DNA of 63,590 nt, the filler included, from Pelomyxa schiedti (taxonomy: Eukaryota > Protista > Evosea): the NCBI GenBank assembly GCA_020536535.1. It is 12 parts of 12 records of this genome, joined end to end, with 100 filler letters (N's around TTAATTAATTAA, not from the genome) between each part and the next. Parts side by side here need not be neighbours in the genome. Positions count along the whole stretch, not along the records: positions 1 to 14,024 come from JAHLWZ010001177.1; 11 more parts are not named here. The stretch is one strand, 5' to 3'. The position numbers and the translations under genes are program-made. Below, one piece after another: positions 1 to 9,300 of this stretch. The notes under the pieces were generated by a model that saw only the letters and a program-made list of their open reading frames with translations, ran no database searches and had not been told where the DNA came from. Every line of letters begins with the position of its first letter. Position 1 is the first letter of the stretch.

Positions 1-2
1 TC

Positions 3-1031
3 AGGGGGTGCCTCGGCCCCGACAGGTTCCTCTGTGCGTCCCGCGATTCCGAAGTCTCCCGGTTCTTTGTTCTTGACAGCTCACTGGGCACCACCTTATG
101 TTCTTCTTCATCTTCTTCTCATTCTCCTCCTCCCGGCGGTAATGATGATTCCGCTACTACTGCTACTCCTACAAGTACATTTCACTTGAAGACGCTGATA
201 AAGCACAATGGCTCTGAACTTGGGAGCTTCGATGTGGGGAGTGTATACAAGCGTGCATATTGCAACACGAGGTGGGTTGTGGCACATGGCGATGGCGATC
301 TGAGGATCACGCCGGTGGTTGGCGGTGCTTTGAAGGTTGATGATTGGATCCAGGTGTCTGGGGCTCAATACGTTGATGACCATCGCAAGACCGTTTTCTG
401 CAGCGAAACCGGGAACGCGGCGCTTTTCTGCGGCAGCGCCCGCGTGTTACTCGTTGACCTGGAGCTAACTTACACACAGAGAAATCTGGCCGTATTAAAG
501 GAGATAGTGACGCAGTGCTGGTCCTGTATGTTCCTGGAACCAAGCACTCTCTTCACGGTGGACTCTAACAAGTGCAGCGTGAAGGCCAAGAATACTTCAA
601 CAGAGGAACCGGGCCAAATATACAAGTTCAAAAGCTGGCCTCTCAGGTACATCATCGGGCCAGAGCACATCTGCGTTGCCGCGGAATCTGGCGCATCGGT
701 ATACCACTTGTCAAACCTGAACACTCCAATCATGACCTCCGTTCACGCCTGTGATGCAGAGTATTCACGCAACAAGCCACTCAGCGGCAGAACTGGAATA
801 CTTCCTGTGTTGATTGAACAAACAAGTCAGAACACCCGAAGGAGTAGTGCCGCTACTACTAAGTCATACCTTCCTCAACAACGGGAACAGCAACAGCGTC
901 CACACAGAGTGTCACCCCTTCAACCACCACGCAGAGTGGAACTCGTCGATGTTGCCACAAGAACCCGCCTTGCAATCATCACGATTCCATACCCGCTTCC
1001 ACCATCAATTGCAGCCAAGTGCAAACACTGA
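3..1031 (+). CDS. 5'-truncated intronless lineage-specific repeated-family protein (paralog of 1146..2678)
   Basis: Frame is open from position 3 to TGA 1031. Shares RGCLGPDRF, VFCSETGN, VDLELTY, YIIGPEH, SVYHLSNL.TPIMTS and RV.L.DVAT.TRLAIIT with the next ORF. Confidence 0.8.
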   Translation, partial: RGCLGPDRFLCASRDSEVSRFFVLDSSLGTTLCSSSSSSHSPPPGGNDDSATTATPTSTFHLKTLIKHNGSELGSFDVGSVYKRAYCNTRWVVAHGDGDLRITPVVGGALKVDDWIQVSGAQYVDDHRKTVFCSETGNAALFCGSARVLLVDLELTYTQRNLAVLKEIVTQCWSCMFLEPSTLFTVDSNKCSVKAKNTSTEEPGQIYKFKSWPLRYIIGPEHICVAAESGASVYHLSNLNTPIMTSVHACDAEYSRNKPLSGRTGILPVLIEQTSQNTRRSSAATTKSYLPQQREQQQRPHRVSPLQPPRRVELVDVATRTRLAIITIPYPLPPSIAAKCKH

Positions 1032-1145
1032 CACCTGTTTCCACATACCCCAATGGAAATGAATACTTACTAACATACTTATTGATGGAATTTTCCGCTT
1101 AGGGGAAGATGACGCTCGTTGAAAAAAACCTTTTCAAGGAAAGTG

Positions 1146-2678
1146 ATGGACAGTCGGCCTGTTAGCCACTTCGGCATGGAGGTGCTGGTGTCGGCCCGCG
1201 ACCAGTTCATCGCCCTCGCTGCCCCTTCCTTCTGCTCCTCCAAAATGACCGACGACGACTACCACATAACAGACGGAGTCGGCGCCGCCGATCCCTACCA
1301 ATCGTCCCCCTCGGGACCCCATCACGTCCGTCCCATAACCAAAACAACATACAACGGAGGCGCCAGCATCTGGCAGCGGGCGGGGCTGCCGCAGCACGTG
1401 GTGGCCGAGATCGGCCGGCGGTGGGTGCTCCCGGCCACCCGCCACGTCGGCCTCACCCTCAGGCTCCACAGCCTCCACGAGCTGCTGCGCCACGACAGCC
1501 TCCCGCGCGACGGCAAGCACTTCCTCGCGGGGCTGCTGGGGGACTCGGTGCACGTGTTCATGGGGGTGTCTCCCACAATGGGGGTTGTGCGGTGGCGCAT
1601 GTGCGCAACACGGGGAGAGTCCGCAGGGAAGGTGTCTGTGAGGGGGTGCCTCGGCCCCGACAGGTTTATGTGTATGTCTGACGACGGGTTCCGCCGCCGG
1701 TTCTTCGTTGCTGATGGATTCTCGTTGGGAAGCACAACAATATCTTGTTCCGATTCTTCTGCTTCTGCTGCTTCTGGTTCTGATCCTTCTTCGTCTGCTT
1801 CTTCTTATTATTCTGGTGAGAATACTGGTCCTCGTGCCTCATTTCCAACACTTTGCGTGTTGAATGAGATGAAGCCGGCAACTCCGAAAGTGAGTGGTGA
1901 TTGTGGGAGGAAGAGCAAGAATGGTTCGGGGCTTGGCTGTTTCTTCGAGGTTCTCAGATTGAAAAGGCTGCCTTACTGCAACATGAAGTGGGTTGTGGTA
2001 CCGGGTGAAAATGAACTCGGAGCGTGGAGAGTTGTTGATGGTGTGATGGAGTTTCCCTCTTGCTGTTATCTGCGCGATCTGGGTTACAAACTTCGAAAGG
2101 CTGTATTCTGCAGCGAAACCGGGAACATCGCGATTATGTCAGTCAAAATGGATGATGAATCCGACAGCGGCGGCCGTGTGTTGTTTGTTGACCTGGAGCT
2201 AACTTATTCACAGAACCGGCTGGCCGTCGTGAATGAAATATCCACACCATGCTGCAACTGCATGTTCCTCGAACCGGCATGCTTTGCAGTTTACTGGAAC
2301 AAACTCCACATGAGCGTCAAGAACACCGCAACGGGACAAATACGCACGTTTGAGCACGTTCCTCTCCAGTACATCATCGGGCCTGAGCACTTTTGCGTTG
2401 CGGAGAGTTCCGGCATGTCAGTTTATCACCTGTCGAACTTGTACACCCCAATCATGACCTCCCTGCGTGCGTGTGATGCAGAGCCATCGCGCAACAAACC
2501 ACTCACTGGCAAGACCGGAATAATTCTGGTAGCACTCACACAAACACCGGCACACAACAGGAACAGCACCTCATCATCACACCGCCAACCACACAGAGTG
2601 GCACTCATTGATGTTGCAACAGGAACCCGCCTTGCAATCATCACAGTTCCTTCAAGAGTAATAACATCCAAACACTGA
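1146..2678 (+). CDS. Intronless ARDQ-motif family protein, function unknown
   Basis: 510-aa ORF from ATG 1146. Motifs ARDQFIAL, VVAEIGRRWV, VSPTMGVV and C-terminal RVALIDVATG are shared with 15541..16683. Confidence 0.8.
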   Translation: MDSRPVSHFGMEVLVSARDQFIALAAPSFCSSKMTDDDYHITDGVGAADPYQSSPSGPHHVRPITKTTYNGGASIWQRAGLPQHVVAEIGRRWVLPATRHVGLTLRLHSLHELLRHDSLPRDGKHFLAGLLGDSVHVFMGVSPTMGVVRWRMCATRGESAGKVSVRGCLGPDRFMCMSDDGFRRRFFVADGFSLGSTTISCSDSSASAASGSDPSSSASSYYSGENTGPRASFPTLCVLNEMKPATPKVSGDCGRKSKNGSGLGCFFEVLRLKRLPYCNMKWVVVPGENELGAWRVVDGVMEFPSCCYLRDLGYKLRKAVFCSETGNIAIMSVKMDDESDSGGRVLFVDLELTYSQNRLAVVNEISTPCCNCMFLEPACFAVYWNKLHMSVKNTATGQIRTFEHVPLQYIIGPEHFCVAESSGMSVYHLSNLYTPIMTSLRACDAEPSRNKPLTGKTGIILVALTQTPAHNRNSTSSSHRQPHRVALIDVATGTRLAIITVPSRVITSKH

Positions 2679-2793
2679 CCCAAGCAAAAAAAANNNNNNN
2701 NNNNNNNNNNNNNNNNNNNNNNNNNNNNNNNNNNNNNNNNNNNNNNNNNNNNNNNNNNNNNNNNNNNNNNNNNNNNNNNNNNNNNNNNNNNNN

Positions 2794-2913
2794 ATCATCA
2801 CACCGCCAACCACACAGAGTGGCACTCATTGATGTTGCAACAGGAACCCGCCTTGCAATCATCACAGTTCCTTCAAGAGTAATAACATCCAAACACTGAC
2901 CCAAGCAAAAAAA
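2794..2913. repeat. 120-bp duplication of 2574-2693 across a 100-N scaffold gap (assembly artefact)
   Basis: Identical sequence on both sides of the gap. The same pattern occurs at the gaps starting at 17131, 47978 and 54548. Confidence 0.9.
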
Positions 2914-2976
2914 AAAAAAAAGAATTGGCCACTTGGTTTTTTCTCTGAGATAAGCGAAAATTCTCCCGATTTTCAA

Positions 2977-2984
2977 TCCCACAA
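2977..2984 (+). promoter_or_regulatory. DUSE-like snRNA upstream sequence element TCCCACAA
   Basis: Matches WCCCAYAA at -65..-58 relative to the U2 5' end. Confidence 0.65.
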
Positions 2985-3041
2985 GTAAGAGGGAATACAG
3001 GCCGGTGTTTTCAACGACGAAGAGTGGTCAGAGCAGTCCAA

Positions 3042-3255
3042 ATACCTTCTCGGCCTTTTGGCTAAGATCAAGTGTAGTATCTGTTCTTTTCAGCTTAATA
3101 TCTGAAAGCTGCCTATTGGGTGGCATCAGGATTAACCTTATTTTTTCTGGGGTTTCTTTTGGGGGTGTCCTCTTGGTGTGTGGGGCTTGCTCTGCCTCAA
3201 GTTGGGTGTCCTCTTGATTACCCAGGCACTGCACTGCAGCCTGGTGCAGTCAGCC
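3042..3255 (+). ncRNA. U2: U2 spliceosomal snRNA
   Basis: ATACCTTCTCGGCCTTTTGGCTAAGATCAAGTGTAGTATCTGTTCTT with branch-recognition GUAGUA. Stem IIa TTTCAG/CTGAAA, IIc complement ATTAA, U-rich Sm-like site and stem IV CCAGGC-ACTGCACTGCA-GCCTGG. 3' end approximate. Confidence 0.95.
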
Positions 3256-3425
3256 CCTATTTTTCGAAAAAAACATCAAACGGTGTGCTGAGGTAGATTG
3301 GGTTTGGATAGTGACCACAAAACTGATTCGCTGTAGATTTCCCATAAATCCATCACAAACGGTTCGAATTTTCCTCCGAAGAACGATGTGACGACCATCA
3401 GTCACCCACTTAGGTATGGCGGTGC

Positions 3426-3478
3426 TGGAACCCACCTTGCAACCATCACAGTTCCACAACCACCACCACCTTCAAGAG
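3426..3478 (+). pseudogene. Degenerate copy of the 3' end of the ARDQ-family gene
   Basis: ggaacccaccttgcaaccatcacagttcc...ttcaagag matches ggaacccgccttgcaatcatcacagttccttcaagag at 2621-2658. Confidence 0.6.
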
Positions 3479-3648
3479 CAACCAAATCCGTCAAGAGAAA
3501 CAGAGGAACAAGTTGATTTGATTTTTTTGATTTGGTTTTTTCATTCGGAGAACCAAGTGTTTGACGACAGTTGAGGCGATTGGTCGTTTGATCGCACACG
3601 GCGGTGTGACTGATTTAGAAGGCGACACAGACATACGAACACTAACTT

Positions 3649-4767
3649 ATGGGTCGATTTTGTGGTGGCGGTGGCGCAAAAAAACCCACAACAACCCCAT
3701 CCAACGATGGTACCAAATTAAAATAAATAAATGGTGAATCAGTGTTCTTTTGCAAAAAATAAATATCTTTTTATTGCTGAAATGTTTTGGTTTGCGCTAT
3801 TCGTTACGTTTTTTTTTTTAACCTTGTACTGAATAGTGAGAGTTGCTGAGGATAAAAAGGTGAGCCTTTCTGGTGGGGTGAAACTTGTTCTAGTTGGGGA
3901 TTCCTTCACGGGAAAAACTTGCCTTGTTGGGAGGCTGCTTCACAATGACTTCATAACTACAACACCAACTATTGGGTACCCTCCACTAGTTTATTCAGAC
4001 ATTATCTTTTAACCATCTTCAGGGCAGCATTCCAGGTTCACACGCTCAAAGTTGATGGCCGCGATATAAAATTAGAGGTACCCCTTTTAATTTTTTGTAA
4101 TCAATGAATTTGACTTCAAAAAGATATGGGACACAGCTGGACAAGGTTTATCGCAATGCCTTTCCCCCATTGCTCACTTTCCACACAGAAAAATTCCGCG
4201 CTTTAACACCCATGTATTACCGAGGTGAGTGCCATAGATTCCAATTTCTTTCTAACACCTTACACAGGCGCCGCTGCGGCTCTTGTTGGTTGGCATCCTT
4301 ACTTTTATCCATCATAACTAACTTCGCTTATTTTTTGTGTTCCCTCCGGAATAGTTTATGACATTACCAAAATGGTCCGCATTCAGTACCTCCACACCGC
4401 AAACTAATTCCCACCCCTAATTACACCACAGGCAACGTTCGAAGTGATGAAGCGCTGGATTGACGAGCTCCGGTCCCACGCACCACCCAATATAGTACTT
4501 GCCATATGCGGCAACAAGGTGGACCTAGAAGATGCCCGCGCGGTTCCCACGGCCCTGGCGCAGCAATATGTCAGCAACTGGCCCCCTCCGCCCAGCACAT
4601 CACCCACCGGTGGGTCCGCGGCACCCCCTCCATCGCCGTCGGCCTCGTCTCCTGTGATGAAGCCGGTGTTCATGGAAGTGAGCGCCAAGACGGGACAAAA
4701 CGTGATGGAACTACTCACACTGCTGGGCAGGCAACTCATAGTAGCATCTGATAAGGGTTTGCTGTAA
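3649..4767 (+). CDS. Rab5/21/22-like small GTPase, N-terminal MGRFC, no C-terminal Cys (8 exons)
   Basis: GT-AG introns 3710-3836, 3976-4022, 4078-4123, 4146-4188, 4225-4267, 4289-4354 and 4375-4431 give MGRFCGG...GDSFTGKT...TIGAAF...WDTAGQEKF...YYRGA...NKVD...SAKTG...DKGLL*. Confidence 0.9.
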
Positions 4768-4970
4768 AATGTATCTATCACCCACACCCAATTCCAAACA
4801 ACACACACTACCCAACTTGGAAACCCTTGTTGTTTCGGCGATCAGTGACTACGAAAAACGGTTCGTCTGTGTTGACAATCAAACAAAAGCACAACGCGCG
4901 ATTTAATTGGGAGGGAAACGACGAGTAACGGGACACGTGAAGGGTGTGCGAGGGTGGTTACGACTGACTT

Positions 4971-6021
4971 ATGGGACAGCGATGTAGTCGAAGCGGGAAA
5001 CAGGGGACACCAAATAGTGCCGGTAATCCTATCTTCTTTCTTTTAGGTTTCAAAAAATTTGGATTTTCGTATGTGATAACCGAGTCTCAACAGTGAAGGT
5101 TACAACTGTGAAGAAGGCTTCATCAGGTGGGAGTTATTGACTTCTGTTGTGTTTTTCTTTGGTAGTAACTATATTTGTAATAGGAAACGCCCTCCTCGAA
5201 GAGGAAGGAGTTAAACTTGTTCTCGTTGGCGAAACGTTCACAGGGAAAACGTGCCTCGTCGGGAGGCTGTCTCAAGATCGCTTTATAACTACAAGCTCAA
5301 CTGTTGGGTAACTATTCCTTTTCCATGAGGTTGATTTGCTTATTTTCCGTCACTCAGGGCTGCATTTCAAGAGCACGCTATCACTGTTGCCGGTAGAGCA
5401 ATAAAATTAAATGTGTGTCTGTACCCCCTGTAACAGCAGTTTGAATTAACTAACTAAAAAGATATGGGACACAGCTGGACAAGGTTTTAAGATTGACTGC
5501 TTGTTTGCTCTTTTAAATTAATATTTCAACAGAAAGATTTCATTCTATGACTCAGATGTATTACCGAGGTTCCCCACCCAAAACAAAAAAAAGTAATATC
5601 CCACACTCTTCACAGGTGCCGCTGCCGCTCTCATTGGTTGGCATTCCTCAAATTATCAATTCAAGCTTAACTAACTTATTCCTTGAGACAGTGTACGATA
5701 TCACCAAAACAGTTAATGCCTTCTTCCTCCAATGCATTCTCACTTTGGTTACAGGACACATTTGAAGGAGCAAAACGATGGGTTGATGAAATACAACGCA
5801 CTGGGCCACCCAATATGATACTGTGTATATGCGGAAACAAAGCGGACTTGGAGGATGCCAGAGCTGTGCCAACAGACGTGGGAAAGGAATATTCAACAGG
5901 CATAGGTGGACTATTCATGGAAGTGAGCGCCAAAACGGGACAGAACGTCAAAGAACTCCTTGAACTTGTGGGAAGGCAAATACTTGTTCATGCTGATAAG
6001 GGTCTCATTTCCAACCCCTAG
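4971..6021 (+). CDS. Tandem Rab5-like paralog, N-terminal MGQRCS, no C-terminal Cys
   Basis: Spliced product MGQRCSRSGK...GETFTGKT...TVGAAF...WDTAGQERF...YYRGA...NKAD...SAKTG...DKGLISNP*. Core intron positions are the same as in the upstream paralog. Confidence 0.9.
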
Positions 6022-6398
6022 TATGTGCCAGGGATTTGCTAGTTATATATGTATCATTCAAGGTTTTGTGGGAAAAAAATCAGTTTTGTGGGAAAAGTGT
6101 CAGACTTGCGTGATTAGAAGCTAGGAGCTGTTTTACCTGAATTCCTAAGGAACTGGTGGTCAAGGTTAGCACACAGGGACAATATAATGTCTTGGCTAGC
6201 GGAGTACTCATTCTTCGTTGTGGGAGGTACAGTTGTCTCGTTTGTTGATTGATTGAAAAAAAAGTACAAGGCTGTACAGAGGTGGAAAAAAAAAAAGGAA
6301 AGCTCAAAAATAAACAACAATATTGTAAACACATAGAGACACCCCTCCTGTGTGATGATGTGCATATGTTCATTGATTGACGTGGGGAATTGATCACC

Positions 6399-9300
6399 TC
6401 ACGTGCGGGAAAGTACAGCATCAATGACATCGTCAAGGGAGTGGTCTCGCAACATGGCACAGTAGTCAATAAGGTATTCCTCTTGGAAGTCCAAGAAGGC
6501 GGCCTCAACGCACTGGCCAATGTATTTATCGGTTTCCACTCTGTTGTTGGAATAACTGTGCTCCACGAGAAGCTGCATGGATGTGGATGTTAGTTTGATG
6601 TTGCCGGTTTGGTTATGTAGATATTTTAATATAGTGGAAGGAGGGATTTATTACATGGTGAAGCCGTTGTAGGGATGCAACCCAAGCAATTGCTAGTGCG
6701 GTGGTGTGGTTTACATCCACAACATCCTCTGCGGCAGAATTCGGCGTGTTAGTTTCAAGATCAACATCACCTTCGCTGTATGATCCGGCCGTAATTTGGA
6801 CTTCCACTGGTTTTTCCGGTAAAGCTGGTGAGGCGGTAGGAGAAGTAGAGTTTGATACTGATACAGATAACGGTGATGTAGTAATTGCAGTTGAGCTTGC
6901 TAGTGGTGGCGGTGGGGGAGGTGGAGGGATTTTAGAAGTTACTGGTTTCCCAGATGGTGAAGGTTTCTTTGAGGCCGCCTTCTCAGGAGAAAATCTCAAC
7001 AGCCTCATCAATCTGCCCATCATCCCCTCAAGGAAAGTGGGGTGACCGCGTGAATCCTCCCCTTCACTGGAGGATGTTTCGTCATCGGCAAGATCGTCAC
7101 CAGTGGCAAATCCGGAAGTCGCTGAAGTCGCTGATGCAGATGAAGGAGTTGATGGCCGACCTTGAGAAACAGTTGGTACTGTTGGTTTCGCAGGAATTGG
7201 CCCAGGAGGGGTTGGAGTACTACCTCTTCTGTTACGAGGCGAAGGAGGGTTTTGAACAGTGGGAAAAGGAGGGTTGCTGTTGCTATTTCTTCTACTGCGA
7301 GGAGAAACTGATGGCTGGGCATCACTTGTGTTTCCGCTTCCCGAAACTGTACCCTCATCATCACTGCTTACATCAGCATCAGCCACGTCACTAGCGTCGG
7401 TTGTTGATGTGGTTTGATCAGAGTGTTTTGGGTGAATTGCTTCAGTGGCCCTGGTTACCTTCCCGCCATGCTTCTTTACCACCACTCTCACAGGTGGCTC
7501 GGCCGAGCCCGTTCTGTGTTTTTTGTGCTTGTCCGATTTACCGGATTTTTCTGGTGTTGTAGATGTAGATGTAGATGTAGATGTAGCTGCAGTTGCAGTT
7601 GGAACTGTTGTTGCTGTAGTTGCAGTTGCAGCGGCTGTGGGAATTGCAGGAGTAGATGGAGAGGGTGGTGGAAGCTGTGGTGAGGGCAGAGCTCCAGTCT
7701 GTGTGGATGCAGGTACACTTACAGGGATATTTAGTGGTGGGACGGTGGTTTGGGGTGCATTGTTTGTGTCCTTCTTCAATGCTGAAGAGGTTGACCTCTT
7801 CTTCCTTCGACGGCGTGGTATCATACAAAGGATCTGCTGCGTTATTCCTCCACTTCCTGACTGGGGCATGTCCCTGTAAGTGGTTAAAAATAAATGTGAA
7901 GCAGTAGTCCAACCATAAAGAACATAGGGAGGTAAGCATCTGAAGAACAGCTAGGCTGTTTCCGTTTTCTTCCTGGTGAAATCCTTCTTCTTGTAAGAAA
8001 GTTCTATGGAGGGGAAAATAAAGCAGTACTTCGAATGATAACTTTTGACTTGTCAATTTTCAGCTGCCTGGACACCTTTTGTGTGGCAATAAATGACGTT
8101 TTTACTGATTCCGGTACAAGAGTCTCGGAAATTTCCACAACTTTCTATCTTGAAATAAGTCGTGGGGAACGCCAAAACCACTTACACGGAAACCATCCTC
8201 AGTTAACCAAGCTGGCCTCTCTATCGACTGCTCGTAGCTACAGGAATTGCATCGAAACGTTTTCCTCCTCTGGAAAACACTGATATCCTCACTCGCTGTA
8301 CAACGTTAACATACGACGGCGAACTCAGAACATACCGCAACGAGGGCACTTTTCTACACTTATTGCACCTACCCCTTCAGGTGGGTCCGCCACAGTCGGA
8401 ATAACACCTGTGGGTTGCTAAGTCCAAAAAAAAAAAAAATTGAAAAGAGGCACACCATGAACATTTGGGATCTGCATTCCTTCAATGGTGGCACATAGAT
8501 TTGAGAGGTCTTGTTGAGTACACAGATCCGCTTTGTTGACCAGGATTAACAGAGGAAATTTACTCAACACATCGCGACACAACCTAAAAAAAACCGTCAG
8601 ACCGAAAAATAGGGGATACAGGCATACTCAATTTCAAATGGTTCGAATCTGGCAGAACTAGCATCTACAACATACCATATAACGTGAATACAATCCTGTT
8701 GGGATATTTGTGAATGCTCCTCCAAAAATTGCTTTAGAGATGCGAGTTCATCTTCAGGCCCCATTTCAAAACCTCTTGAATCGAAAATAACCATGGGCTT
8801 CCCTGAAATACTTTAAGAAAAAACCTAACTGAGAAAACGTACAGGCGATGGAGTATTTTGTAATTCCAGTTGTCACAGATACACCCTTGCCAACTTGTGC
8901 GAGTTTCCATCCAAAAGCCTTATTGGCAACGGCACTCTTACCAACACCTTGAGGAGTTTAACAAAAAAAAAAGGGTCTCGGTTACCAGCCAATACCTGTC
9001 TTTCCACTAACAAGTATTGTTGCCTTGTTATTTTGTAGAAGAGTATTGAAAAGTTGCTTAAAGTTTTGCGCAAGTTCATAAGCACTCGTTATCAACATAG
9101 TAGTATCAATGTTGCCTATCCAGCGTAAGAGAAGGGAAAAAGAAAAGAAACAACCTGAAGGTGCCTTAATTGTAAGTCTCCGCTTCTTTAGCATATCCAC
9201 TTGCTCTTCAAAGATTTGTTTCAACTCTGCAATAGTTCTACGAAGTACGAGACCACTCCCAGAAACATAGGTAAACTCAAAATAAGGTCCCTAGATCGGT

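Noticed and set aside
1063-1082. ATACTTAC resembling the U1 snRNA 5' end
   Set aside because: Continues TAAC rather than CTG, and no U1 stem-loops or Sm site follow.
3641-3654. ACTRACTTATGGG shared with 4963-4975, which also reads as a minus-strand DUSE
   Set aside because: Explained as the paralogous start-codon context (ATG GGN) of the two Rab genes. The sequences downstream on the minus strand are unrelated.
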